Of a stretch of 64,000 nucleotides of DNA, positions 1 to 8,821 are shown piece by piece. The position numbers and the translations under genes were made by a program. Numbering within the stretch: position 1 is the first letter of the stretch; each line of letters begins with the position of its first letter. A model generated the notes under the pieces. It was not told the DNA's origin, ran no database searches, and worked only from the letters and a program-made list of their open reading frames with translations. The stretch comes from an uncultured Rhodospirillaceae bacterium (lineage in GTDB: Bacteria; Pseudomonadota; Alphaproteobacteria; Azospirillales; Azospirillaceae), in the NCBI GenBank assembly GCA_937927415.1, contig CALBDS010000044.1, forward strand, positions 44,404-108,403, in the 5' to 3' direction.

Positions 1-1899
1 CGGCGCCCGGTCCCGCTCCGCCGCCAGCCGGGCGCGCAGAGCGGCCCGCGCGGCGGCGTCGCGTCCAAGATGGACGGCCGCGGCGCGGTAGTCTTCAGCC
101 GTCGCCACCGCCAGTTCGGGCAGGCCCGTGGCGTGCAGCAGACTGGCCGCCACCCGCGCGGCAAAGCCCGGCCCCAGATGGGTCAGCACCGGCAGCCCGG
201 CCCACAGGGCATCGCTGGCGGTGGTGTGGGCGCCCACCGGATGGGTGTCGAGGAACAGATCGGCCAGGGTGAATAGCCCCAGATAATCGGCCAGCGGACG
301 GCGGGCGGCGAACACCAGCCGTGCCGCATCCACCCCGTGGGAGCGGGCGGCGGCGCGCAGCGCGTCCATCGCCTGATCCGGCCCGGCCAGCAGCCACAGC
401 ACCGAACCGGGCACCGCCCGCAGAATGTCCATCCACAGGGCAAAACGCGCCGGGGTGATCTTGTAAAGGGCGTTGAAGGCGCAGAAGACCACCCCGTCCG
501 CGGGCAGACCACAGGCGGCGCGGCCCGGCGGCGGGGCGATGGGGCGGGTGCGGTCGTTGGGCTGGTAGCAGCGGGGCAGCCGGACGATGCGCTCGCTGTA
601 ACCAGCCTCACAACCCGGCGGGGTGACCACGGCATCACCGATGATGTAGTCGATGAACCCCGCCCCCATGGTGCCGGGATAGCCCAGCCATTGCACCTGC
701 ACCGGGGCCGGGCGGTGGGCGGTGATCTCGGGCCGCGCACCCTGGGTAAAGCCCTTCAGGTCGATCAGGATGTCGATGCCGTGGCCGCGGATCGCCCGCG
801 CGGCGTCGGCGTGGGACAGGCCGCGGATGTCGTGGAAGGCGTCGAAGCCCCGCCGCAGCCGCGCCCGCATCGGCCCGCCGTCGTCGGGACCATAGGAATA
901 GGCGGCGACGTGGAACCGGCGGCGGTCGTGGCACTCGATCACCTCGGCCAGCAGGACCGCGGTGGCGTGCTCGTGGAAATCGGCGGAGAGATAGCCCAGC
1001 CGGATCGGCGTGTGCGGCGGGCGGGACGGGGCCGGCAGCGGCGTGACGCTGCGGGTGCGCCACGCGGCATAGCGTTCGGCGCAGGCCCGCTCCGCCGCCG
1101 GCCCCGCCCCCTGCCCCAGAAAGATCCACGGGTGGATCTGGTGCGAGGTGCCGGCCAGCGCGGTCAGGCTGCGGGACAGCGGCTCCAGCCCGTCCCAGCG
1201 GCACAGGTGGCGGCGCTGCTGCACCAGTTGCCCCAGCACCCCGCCGGGATCGGGCAGCCCGGCCGCCAGGGCGCGGGACAGGGCCGTGACCGCCGCATCC
1301 CCCCGCCCCAGATCCTTGAGCGACACGCCGAGGTTGGCGTGGATTTCCGCCACCGCCGGGGCCAGCGCCGCCGCCACCCGCCAGCGGGCCACGGCGCGGG
1401 CGTCGTCGCCGCGGTCGCGGGCCACCCCGCCCAGCCCCACCCACGCCGGCATCAGGCCGGGATCGATGGCAAGGGCGCCGCGGAACGCCGTCTCCGCCGC
1501 CTCCAGCCGTCCCAGATCCCGCGACACCGTGCCCAGATTGGCAAGGGCCGGGGCATAGCCGGGCATCAGCCGGGCCGCGGCGCCGTAATGATGGGCCGCC
1601 TCGTCCAGCCGCCCGGTCGCCTGCAGCAGCACCGCCAGATTGAAATGGATGCCGCCGAAATCCGGCAGCCACGCCAGGGCGGCGCGGTGGTGCGCCTCCG
1701 CCTCCGCCGTCCGGCCGCGGCGGCGCAGGGATTCGGCGTAATTGCTGCGGGCCACCGCCTCGTCGGGGGTGCCGGGGGTGCCGAGCGCGTCCAGGGCGGC
1801 GCACAGGCCGGTCAGAGCCGATTCCGACGACGGATCGGCGGCGAGCGTACGACGGCACGCCGCCACCGCCGCCCGGGCCTGGGTCAGCGGGTCGGACAC
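1..1899 (-). CDS. TPR-repeat protein fused to a GT41 (SPINDLY/O-GlcNAc-transferase-like) glycosyltransferase domain; the 3' end runs off the left edge of the window
   Basis: This is my own minus-strand translation; the frame is missing from the ORF track because it is edge-truncated. TPR units read ...EAEAHHRAALAWLPDFGGIHFNLAVLLQATGRLDEAAHHYGAAARLMPGYAPALANLGTVSRDLGRLEAAE... They are followed by IRLGYLSADFHEHATAVLLAEVIECHDRRRF...ILIDLKGFTQGARPEI...VQVQWLGYPGTMGAGFIDYIIGD...LFLDTHPVGAHTTASDALWAGLPVLT, which is typical of GT41. The probable GTG start at 1899 lies 4 nt after the ydbL stop, with an in-frame TGA just upstream. Confidence 0.8.
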   Translation of the reverse strand, partial: MSDPLTQARAAVAACRRTLAADPSSESALTGLCAALDALGTPGTPDEAVARSNYAESLRRRGRTAEAEAHHRAALAWLPDFGGIHFNLAVLLQATGRLDEAAHHYGAAARLMPGYAPALANLGTVSRDLGRLEAAETAFRGALAIDPGLMPAWVGLGGVARDRGDDARAVARWRVAAALAPAVAEIHANLGVSLKDLGRGDAAVTALSRALAAGLPDPGGVLGQLVQQRRHLCRWDGLEPLSRSLTALAGTSHQIHPWIFLGQGAGPAAERACAERYAAWRTRSVTPLPAPSRPPHTPIRLGYLSADFHEHATAVLLAEVIECHDRRRFHVAAYSYGPDDGGPMRARLRRGFDAFHDIRGLSHADAARAIRGHGIDILIDLKGFTQGARPEITAHRPAPVQVQWLGYPGTMGAGFIDYIIGDAVVTPPGCEAGYSERIVRLPRCYQPNDRTRPIAPPPGRAACGLPADGVVFCAFNALYKITPARFALWMDILRAVPGSVLWLLAGPDQAMDALRAAARSHGVDAARLVFAARRPLADYLGLFTLADLFLDTHPVGAHTTASDALWAGLPVLTHLGPGFAARVAASLLHATGLPELAVATAEDYRAAAVHLGRDAAARAALRARLAAERDRAP

Positions 1900-1903
1900 C
1901 GGC

Positions 1904-2245
1904 TCATTTCCGCAGCCATTGGCCGTTGGCCCCCATCACATACTGGCCGGTGGGGGTGCGGGCGATCAGCTCCTTGCCCGCCAGCGCCTGCACCGATTCC
2001 AGCGGGGTGCCGTTCTGGGCGGCGATGGCGCGGTAACGGGACAGGCGGGCGGCGTTGATCGACCCGACCAGCGATTCCACCGCCGCCGGAGCGCCGGGGC
2101 GTGCAGCCACCAGCCCGTCCGGCCGTTCCCCCGCCTGCCCCGCGGCCTTGGCGGCGGCCAGGGCGTCGTCGGCATGGGCCGGCGGGGCGGCAAGCCACAG
2201 CAGCGCCAGGGCAAGGGCGGCGCCGAAGCGCGCGGCGCGGATCAT
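1904..2245 (-). CDS. ydbL: YdbL-family periplasmic protein (DUF1318), 113 aa with signal peptide
   Basis: This is the internal ATG of ORF 1904..2617. The sequence MIRAARFGAALALALLWLAAPPAHA is a signal peptide, and the C-terminus ...RYRAIAAQNGTPLESVQALAGKELIARTPTGQYV matches the DUF1318 pattern. Its ATG overlaps the ynbE stop (ATGA). Confidence 0.8.
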   Translation of the reverse strand: MIRAARFGAALALALLWLAAPPAHADDALAAAKAAGQAGERPDGLVAARPGAPAAVESLVGSINAARLSRYRAIAAQNGTPLESVQALAGKELIARTPTGQYVMGANGQWLRK

Positions 2246-2520
2246 GATCCCTCCTTCGCCACCGACGCCGGCGGCAGGCCGAACAGGGCGGGATCGTTGC
2301 GGATGGTCTGCTCCAGATCCCGTTCCACCCTCACCCGCACCTCCTGTTCGATGCGGATGTTGAGGTTGATTTCGATGGGTTTGTCCGGCACCTCGACCTT
2401 CACCGTGGGCGCACAGCCGGCCAGCGCCGCCGCGGCCAGCGCCAGGACATGAAGCCCCCGGAACGACGGGGTGATGGAACTGTTTCGTCTCTGCCGCACC
2501 CGTTCCCCCATGCTCATCAT
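2242..2520 (-). CDS. ynbE: YnbE-family small lipoprotein
   Basis: It has a lipobox, LAAAALAGC, followed by APTVKVEVPDKPIEINLNIRIEQEV, which is YnbE-like. Its start overlaps the ydbH stop (ATGATGA) and its stop overlaps the ydbL start. The start codon is uncertain; M1, M2 and M4 are all possible. Confidence 0.75.
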   Translation of the reverse strand: MMSMGERVRQRRNSSITPSFRGLHVLALAAAALAGCAPTVKVEVPDKPIEINLNIRIEQEVRVRVERDLEQTIRNDPALFGLPPASVAKEGS

Positions 2521-3722
2521 GGCGCACCGGATCTGACCCGCGGCGCCAGCCCCTCGCCCAGCCGCTGCGGCAGGCGGTAACTGTCCAGCCCCCGCCGCAC
2601 CACCCGGTCGAGAGCACCGCTGAGATTAAGGGTCAACGCCACCGGAGTGCCATCATAGAATGAGGGGTTGGCCCCGCGAACGACCAGACGCGCCGCCATC
2701 TCCTCCCCCACCGTGCCGTCGAGCAGCATTTCCAGGGTGTCGTAACGGAAATCGCTGAGCGCCTTCATCACGGCACCGACCGGCGTGTCACCCTCCGCCT
2801 GCAGAGCACCGCGGGGCGCGCGGGCGGAGTCATAACGCACCACCCCCGGCTCGTCGGCGGCCAGCCGCCCGCTTTCGATGCGCAGCCGCCCGCCGTTCAG
2901 CACCATGGGCACCCGGCCCGACAGCGCGCCCGTGCCCTCCAGCCCCGCCACGTCGGCCAGCGCCAGGACCGTGGCCACATCCACCCCCACCACCTCCAGC
3001 GTCAGGGCGGCGGCGGGACCGCCCTGGGCGGGGGTGATGACGAAAGGGCGGGTCAGCAGCCGCCCGCCGGCCCACGCCGTCTCGATCTTGGTGACCGAAA
3101 TCTTGCCGTTGCGGCGCAGGCCGAACACCGCTTCGGCGTCGGTCATGAGGGTGCCGGCGTCCACCCGTTCGGCGGTCAATGCCGTGTCGTCGGGGATGGT
3201 CGGCGGGTTCAGCCCGGCCAGCGGCACGCGGCCCGACAGGCCGGCGAAGTCCACCGGCCCGGCCTGCCCGGCGGCTCCGCCGATCTCCGCCACGCCGTTG
3301 CCGTCCCAATGCCCCCCGGTCCAGACCAGCACCCCCCGGAACGTCAGCCGTCCGGTGGTGGCCCGCAGTCCCCAGTCGGGGGGAAAGGGAACGGCGGCCA
3401 GATCCGGGACCGTCAGCGACAGGTGCACCCGCCCCTCGCGCAGCAGGTCGGACCACGGGTGGTCCACCGCCAGCGACACCGGAGCGCCGCGCCACCCCTC
3501 CGGCCGCAGGGTGATCGCGGTGCGGGAGACGCCGGTTTCGCTCACCGTCGCCTGCATCCCCGGCCACCCCGCCGCCGCCAGCCCCGCTTCGGCCAGCGCG
3601 CCCAGCAGGGTCGGCCACAGGGCCACCAGCGCCCCCAGCCACAGCAGCAGCATGAGCAGACGCAACCCCCGGCGCCAACCCCGCCCCTGTTGATCCGTCG
3701 CGGTTCGGTTCCTTTTGCGCAA
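2517..3722 (-). CDS. ydbH: YdbH-like (DctA-YdbH / AsmA-like) membrane-anchored protein, about 401 aa
   Basis: It has an N-terminal signal anchor, RRGLRLLMLLLWLGALVALWPTLLGAL. It lies directly upstream of ynbE-ydbL, as in the E. coli ydbH-ynbE-ydbL operon. The C-terminus ...FRYDTLEMLLDGTVGEEMAARLVVRGANPSFYDGTPVALTLNLSGALD is typical of the YdbH C-terminal domain. The ORF-track start at 3722 is a TTG; an ATG at 3653 is an alternative. Confidence 0.7.
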   Translation of the reverse strand: MRKRNRTATDQQGRGWRRGLRLLMLLLWLGALVALWPTLLGALAEAGLAAAGWPGMQATVSETGVSRTAITLRPEGWRGAPVSLAVDHPWSDLLREGRVHLSLTVPDLAAVPFPPDWGLRATTGRLTFRGVLVWTGGHWDGNGVAEIGGAAGQAGPVDFAGLSGRVPLAGLNPPTIPDDTALTAERVDAGTLMTDAEAVFGLRRNGKISVTKIETAWAGGRLLTRPFVITPAQGGPAAALTLEVVGVDVATVLALADVAGLEGTGALSGRVPMVLNGGRLRIESGRLAADEPGVVRYDSARAPRGALQAEGDTPVGAVMKALSDFRYDTLEMLLDGTVGEEMAARLVVRGANPSFYDGTPVALTLNLSGALDRVVRRGLDSYRLPQRLGEGLAPRVRSGAP

Positions 3723-3898
3723 CGCCTGTCTGCCTTTGACCTTTTGCCGGAACGCCGGGGTGCGGGCACGGTGACGCCTGTGGCGGCATACGGGGGGAAT
3801 GTGTCGGCAGAGCGGCGCGGATACAAGTCCGCTTTGAAATCGGCCCCGCTTTCCCCTATCGTCCGGGCCAGCGGACAGCAGATGGGAGATGTCATCAC

Positions 3899-4447
3899 AT
3901 GCTGCGGTTATCCCGCGTCATCCTGGCGGCGCTGGCAGTCGCCGTCCTGTTCATTGGGGAGGCCTTTGCCTTGGATCTCGAAAACACCCTGTACCTTGAC
4001 CTGAAGGACGGCCGCGTCGTCATCGAACTGCGGCCCGACCTGGCGCCCAACCACGTGGCGCGCATCAAGGAACTGACCCGCGAAGGCTTTTACGACGGCG
4101 TGGTCTTCCATCGCGTGATCGAGGGCTTCATGGCCCAGACCGGCGATCCCACCGGCACCGGCATGGGCGGTTCGGGCAAGAAGCTGAAGGCGGAATTCAG
4201 CAAGGAACCCCACGTCCGCGGCATCCTGTCCATGGCCCGCGCGCAGGACCCGAACAGCGCCGACAGCCAGTTCTTCATCTGCTTCGCCGACGCCCGCTTC
4301 CTGGACGGCCAGTACACCGTCTGGGGCAAGGTGGTCGAAGGGATGGAATTCGTGGACCAGATCAAGAAAGGGGCCAGCAGCCGCAACGGTCAGGTGACCG
4401 ACCCCGACAAGATCGTCAAGATGCAGGTCGCCGCCGACGCCAAGTAA
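3899..4447 (+). CDS. Peptidyl-prolyl cis-trans isomerase, cyclophilin type, secreted/periplasmic
   Basis: It has a signal peptide (MLRLSRVILAALAVAVLFIGEAFA) and cyclophilin motifs: FHRVIEGFMAQTGDPTGTGMGGSG, SMARAQDPNSADSQFFI and GQYTVWGKVVEGMEFVD. Confidence 0.95.
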   Translation: MLRLSRVILAALAVAVLFIGEAFALDLENTLYLDLKDGRVVIELRPDLAPNHVARIKELTREGFYDGVVFHRVIEGFMAQTGDPTGTGMGGSGKKLKAEFSKEPHVRGILSMARAQDPNSADSQFFICFADARFLDGQYTVWGKVVEGMEFVDQIKKGASSRNGQVTDPDKIVKMQVAADAK

Positions 4448-4484
4448 TCGGCACCAAAACAATCGGCCTTGCGCATGTCCGCAA

Positions 4485-4522
4485 GAAGGGCCGGGTGCCA
4501 GAGCGCCCGGCCCTTTCTTTTG
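4485..4522. terminator. Bidirectional hairpin between the convergent cyclophilin gene and tamB
   Basis: The stem is GAAGGGCCGGG / CCCGGCCCTTT around a roughly 10 nt loop. It is followed by TCTTTT on the plus strand. Confidence 0.5.
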
Positions 4523-4524
4523 CG

Positions 4525-7500
4525 TCAGTAATCCCACTCGAACTTCACGCCGACGCTGGTGCCTTCGCTGCCGCCCACCTTGGCCTCGGCGCGAACGGTG
4601 TCGGTCAGGTCGATTTCCACCTTGGCCCGGCTCTGGTCGGCGCCGATCCCCTGCTCCACACCGACATAGACGTTGCGGCTGATGTAGCTGCCGGCCTCCA
4701 GCCCGCCGGGCTGGCCGTTTTCCCCTTGCGAGAATTCCAGCCGGTCCACCCCCAGCGTGCGGCGCACCGTGTCCAGCATCCCGCCGCCGCCGTAACCGGC
4801 CAGTTCCGCCGCCGACTGGGCCAGCTGCACCGCCTCCGCCGCGCCCAGTTCGCTGGCCGGCTTGCCGAACAGCACGCGGGCCAGCACCTCGTCCTGCGGC
4901 AACCCCTGGGGGGAGGTCAGGGCAATCGACGGATGGCCGGCGGTGCCGGTCACCTCCACCTGGGCCGTGACCTGATTGGCCGTCGCTTCGGCCAGGAAAT
5001 CCAGGCGCGGGTCGATGGACGGGCCGCCGTCGAAATCCAGATTGCCGCGGCTGAAGGCGAAACGCTTGCCCAACAGGTCCAATTGCCCGCGCAAGACCGA
5101 CAGCCGCCCGGTGACCGCCGGGGCGGCGGCGGTCCCGCCCGCGTGCAGGTTGCCGCCCATTTCCAGATCCAGCCCGCGCCCGCGCACGAACACCTGCCCC
5201 GGCACGTTCACCCGCACGTCCAGCGCCAGGACGAACGGCGCATCAGCCTCCCCGGCGGGTGGGGCCGGGGACGGGGCGGCGGTCTTGCGGGCGCGCACGC
5301 GGCCCACCTCCTCCACCTTCAGGTCCACCACATTGGGGGGCAGGCGGTTGGGAATCCGCACGTCCGCCCGCTCCACCCGCACGGTTCCGGCCAGGAGCGC
5401 ACGGGCGAAGGTCCCGGTCAGCGTCAGATCGGCGCCGATGCGCCCCGTCACCAGATCGATGGACAGCAGTTGGGCGTTGGTGGCCCGCACCCGCAGGTCA
5501 AGCTGCCGCCCCTCCTGGGCCCAGGGGCGCACGGTGCCGCTGGCGGTGATGCTGCCGCCCCCGGCGGTGCGCCCGGTCAGGGATTGCAGGGTGAACACCT
5601 GCCCGTCGCCCACCAGCCGGGCGGCGATGTTGGTGATGACTGCCCCGCTGGCCTGATTCTCATAGCGCCCGCCGGTGATGGTCACCGCCCCGCCCAGCCG
5701 GGGATCGCCCACCGTGCCTTCGGCCCGGACATCCACGGCCAGGGTGCCGCCCACCCGGTCGCCGCTGGCCGCCAGCAGGTCGTTCAGCCGCGCCAGTTGG
5801 AAATTCCCCTGAGCGGAGGCCGACAGGGCGCCCCCCGGCGGCACCGACACCGCCAGCGTGTCGGGATCGAGCACCAGCGGGGCGGCGGCGCGCAGGGTCA
5901 GCCGCCCGGCGTCGCGGGCGGACAGGGTGCCGGTGGCGGTGACACGGTTGTCACGCCACGATCCATCGATGGCGGCGTCGATCCCCGACACCCCGGCGGC
6001 GGCCATGCCGGCGGCACTGGCCCCGGACAGCCGCAGGGTCATATCGGCCCGCGGTGCCCGCACCGTGCCGGCCAGCTTCACGGTCAGCCCCAGCGTGCCG
6101 TCCAGCGCCAGCGACGGATCGACCAGGGCGGCCAATGCCAGGGGAAAACGCTCCAGCGCCAACGTCCCCTTCATCTCCCCGCCGGTCAACCCGCCGTCCG
6201 CCGTCAGCCGGGCCGCACCGCTGCTCAGCGCCAGGCCGGTGACGGTGTACTGCTGTGGCCCGATCTCCACCGTCGCCGGTCGGGTCAGAGTGACCGTCTG
6301 CCCCGCCGCGCGGGCGGTCAAAGCCGTCAGGCGGACGCGGGTGCGGTCGTCGGTGCGGGCGGCCCGGCCCGACAGGGACAGGCTGGGCGCCTTGTCCCCG
6401 CCCCCCCGCACCGCCAGCTTGAAACCGGCGTCGGCCAGGGAACCGTCGATGCCCGCCGTCACCTCGGTCAGGGGGGTGCCCGCGGCCGCCCCATCGCGCA
6501 GGGACAGGTCGGCCTTGCCCGCCGCCGCCCCCAGGGCGTCCCGCACGGTGGCGTCCAGGGACAGGCTGCGGGCGGCCACCAGCGGCCCATCAGAGCCGCT
6601 GACGCGCAAGCCTTGGGCCTTGGCCGTCACCGCGGCGTCCTGCCGCCCGTTCTGGCGGCTGAGGGTGACGGCGAAGGACGCCTGCCCCGCCATATCCAGG
6701 CCGGTCAGGGCGGAGAAGGTCTGCAGCGCCGGCAGGTCGCCATCCAGCCGCCCTTCGGCCATCAGGGTGTTCATGGCAACGGTCACGCCGCCGGTGATGC
6801 GGTTCCGCCCCGCCGTCACCGACAGGTCCGACAGGCTCAGGGTGTCGCCGGTCAGGGCATAGGCGCCGGCCACACCCAACGCCTGCCCCTCCAGCGTGCC
6901 CCCGAGCTGCACACGGCCCTGCGGCGCCTGCGGCAGCCCGGCGGCGGTGGCCGACAGGGTGACGCGGCCGAAATCACGACCGTTCACCACCAGGGCGCGG
7001 GTGTCGGCCCTGGCCTCCACCGCCAGCGCGTCCACCGGACCGGCGGCGGTGACGGTGACCTCCGCCCCCCCGGCCAGCGGCAGCCCGGCCAGCCGCTCCA
7101 GCACCGCCAGATCCTCGGCCTGCAGGGTGGCGGCGGCGTCCAGCCGCCCGTCCGCCAGCACCGCCCGCCCGTCGGTCAGGCGGGCGTAGGGGGACTCCAG
7201 GGTCACCCCGGTGACCCGCATCGCCCCGTCGGGGGCCACGGCGGCATCGGCGGCGAAACGTGCGGCACCGGCCAGCGGTTTTCCAGCCAGGGCGGACAGC
7301 AGCGCCAGATCGGGGGCGGTGGCCCGCACCTGCGCTTGCGCGCTCTGCCCCCAACCGGCGGCCGTGCCGCTGGCGGTGACGGTGGCCGCCGGGGCGGTGA
7401 GGGTCAGGGCCGACAGGTCCACCCCGCCGGTGGCGGTGTCGAGGGTGGCGGCCACCTCTGCCCGCACCTCCTCCCCGGTCAGCGGCGCCAGGGCGGGATC

Positions 7501-8805
7501 GTCGGACAGCAGATCGCGGACGGTGGCGGTTCCGGCAACGGCCAGGGCCGTCAGCGGGCCGTTGACCCGCCCCTCGACCCGCGCCGTGCTCCAGGTCACC
7601 GGGGTCAGGGTGTGCAGCGGCGAATCCGCCGGAGCGTCGAAGCGGAAGTCCAGCGCCAGCGCCGATCCCCCCGCCCCGATGCGGCCCGACAGGGCCAGGG
7701 TGCCGGCGGCAGCGGTCAGGGTGGTGGGACGCAGGGTAACGGCACCGTCGGGCGCCACCAGCGCCCCGGCACTCAGGGCCGGGCGGTCTCCGGCCAGGGC
7801 GGCGATGGGGGCACCGGCCAGCGCCTCGATCACCCGGCGGGCGTCGGCGGTGGCGGTCAGGGTGATGGCGTGGCCGTCCGGCGTCCCCTCGATCCGTACA
7901 GCGGTGTCCAGCCGCGCCACGTCGCCCGCGGCGGCGGCGATGGTGCCGCGCCAGTCGGACAGGGTGCCGTCCCCTTTCAGGTCAAGGTGCAGCGGCGGTG
8001 CGCCGGGGATGCCCGCGGCCTGCACAATCACCCCGCCCGCCGGCTCCTCCCCACGGATATCCAATCGCAGGGTTTCGCTGGCGGCGGTGAAGGCGATGTC
8101 GGCGGTCAGGCGGCCCGGTTGTCCGTCGATGCGGTCCACGGCGGCGGTCAGGGCCGCGTCCTTGCCGTCGGCGGCCAGCCGCCCCGCCGCCGTCAGGCGC
8201 AGCCGCGCCGCCTGCCCCGCCAGTGCCGGGCCGAGATCGATGCTGTCCACCGCCAGCCGGTCCAGCGTGACCGACACCGGCAAGCCCGGCAGCGGAGAGC
8301 CGGTGTCCGGCTCGGGCGGCGGCGGGGCCGTGTCGGCGGGGGCGGCGACGGGCGCGCGGTCCACGGCGATGCGCGCGGCCTCCAGCGCCGTCACATGCAC
8401 CCGGCGGGACAGCAGGTCGGCGGGGGCCAGGGCCAGCCGCACCCGCTCCAGCACCAGCCACACGCCTTGGGCGTCCGCCACGGCGATCCGATCGGCGGTG
8501 ACGGTGGTGGGCGACAGGGCCAGCCCGTCGATGTCCAGCCGCAGGCCGGGGCCGGAGGCCGCGGTTTCCACCGTCGATTCCAGCCATGCCCGGCCCGGCG
8601 CACTGCCCAGCCACACGACCGCGGCCCCCACCGCCACCAGCAGCAGCAGGACCAGCGCCGCCAGCCCCCACAGCACCCGGCGTAATACCGTCGCCCACGA
8701 AACCGTCGCCCACGAAACCGTCGCCCACGAAACCGTCAACGCCGCGCCTTTCCCATCCGGTTTCCCCCTTATGTGGCCTTGAAGGGGCGGGTTGTGAAAC
8801 CCCAT
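4525..8805 (-). CDS. tamB: Translocation and assembly module subunit TamB (AsmA-like, DUF490 C-terminus), 1426 aa
   Basis: This is a very long Ala/Gly/Thr/Leu-rich beta-repeat protein with an N-terminal signal anchor (LWGLAALVLLLLVAVGAAVVWLG). It has a DUF490-type C-terminus: ...LGKRFAFSRGNLDFDGGPSIDPRLDFLAE...GSYISRNVYVGVEQGIGADQSRAKVEIDLTDTVRAEAKVGGSEGTSVGVKFEWDY. It lies 16 nt downstream of tamA. Confidence 0.9.
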   Translation of the reverse strand: MGFHNPPLQGHIRGKPDGKGAALTVSWATVSWATVSWATVLRRVLWGLAALVLLLLVAVGAAVVWLGSAPGRAWLESTVETAASGPGLRLDIDGLALSPTTVTADRIAVADAQGVWLVLERVRLALAPADLLSRRVHVTALEAARIAVDRAPVAAPADTAPPPPEPDTGSPLPGLPVSVTLDRLAVDSIDLGPALAGQAARLRLTAAGRLAADGKDAALTAAVDRIDGQPGRLTADIAFTAASETLRLDIRGEEPAGGVIVQAAGIPGAPPLHLDLKGDGTLSDWRGTIAAAAGDVARLDTAVRIEGTPDGHAITLTATADARRVIEALAGAPIAALAGDRPALSAGALVAPDGAVTLRPTTLTAAAGTLALSGRIGAGGSALALDFRFDAPADSPLHTLTPVTWSTARVEGRVNGPLTALAVAGTATVRDLLSDDPALAPLTGEEVRAEVAATLDTATGGVDLSALTLTAPAATVTASGTAAGWGQSAQAQVRATAPDLALLSALAGKPLAGAARFAADAAVAPDGAMRVTGVTLESPYARLTDGRAVLADGRLDAAATLQAEDLAVLERLAGLPLAGGAEVTVTAAGPVDALAVEARADTRALVVNGRDFGRVTLSATAAGLPQAPQGRVQLGGTLEGQALGVAGAYALTGDTLSLSDLSVTAGRNRITGGVTVAMNTLMAEGRLDGDLPALQTFSALTGLDMAGQASFAVTLSRQNGRQDAAVTAKAQGLRVSGSDGPLVAARSLSLDATVRDALGAAAGKADLSLRDGAAAGTPLTEVTAGIDGSLADAGFKLAVRGGGDKAPSLSLSGRAARTDDRTRVRLTALTARAAGQTVTLTRPATVEIGPQQYTVTGLALSSGAARLTADGGLTGGEMKGTLALERFPLALAALVDPSLALDGTLGLTVKLAGTVRAPRADMTLRLSGASAAGMAAAGVSGIDAAIDGSWRDNRVTATGTLSARDAGRLTLRAAAPLVLDPDTLAVSVPPGGALSASAQGNFQLARLNDLLAASGDRVGGTLAVDVRAEGTVGDPRLGGAVTITGGRYENQASGAVITNIAARLVGDGQVFTLQSLTGRTAGGGSITASGTVRPWAQEGRQLDLRVRATNAQLLSIDLVTGRIGADLTLTGTFARALLAGTVRVERADVRIPNRLPPNVVDLKVEEVGRVRARKTAAPSPAPPAGEADAPFVLALDVRVNVPGQVFVRGRGLDLEMGGNLHAGGTAAAPAVTGRLSVLRGQLDLLGKRFAFSRGNLDFDGGPSIDPRLDFLAEATANQVTAQVEVTGTAGHPSIALTSPQGLPQDEVLARVLFGKPASELGAAEAVQLAQSAAELAGYGGGGMLDTVRRTLGVDRLEFSQGENGQPGGLEAGSYISRNVYVGVEQGIGADQSRAKVEIDLTDTVRAEAKVGGSEGTSVGVKFEWDY
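8687..8737. repeat. 15-bp tandem repeat, 3.4 copies, in frame inside the 5' end of tamB
   Basis: The plus-strand unit ACCGTCGCCCACGAA occurs perfectly at 8687-8701, 8702-8716 and 8717-8731, with a partial copy ACCGTC at 8732-8737. It encodes (TVSWA)x3 just before the TamB signal anchor. Confidence 0.9.
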
Positions 8806-8821
8806 ACCCCCTTTGCGGTCC

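Noticed and set aside
337-2058. ORFs 337..2058 (+), 635..1858 (-) and 183..740 (-), which cover the left end of the window.
   Set aside because: All three give Arg/Pro/Gly-rich nonsense. The third minus-strand frame is edge-truncated and so absent from the track, and it translates into clean TPR repeats plus a GT41 glycosyltransferase domain.
4495-8685. A 1396-aa plus-strand ORF, the longest plus-strand ORF in the track.
   Set aside because: It is exactly antisense to tamB. Its translation is Arg/Gly/Pro/Gln low-complexity with no domain pattern. This is a typical high-GC antisense artefact, whereas the minus-strand frame has clear TamB features.
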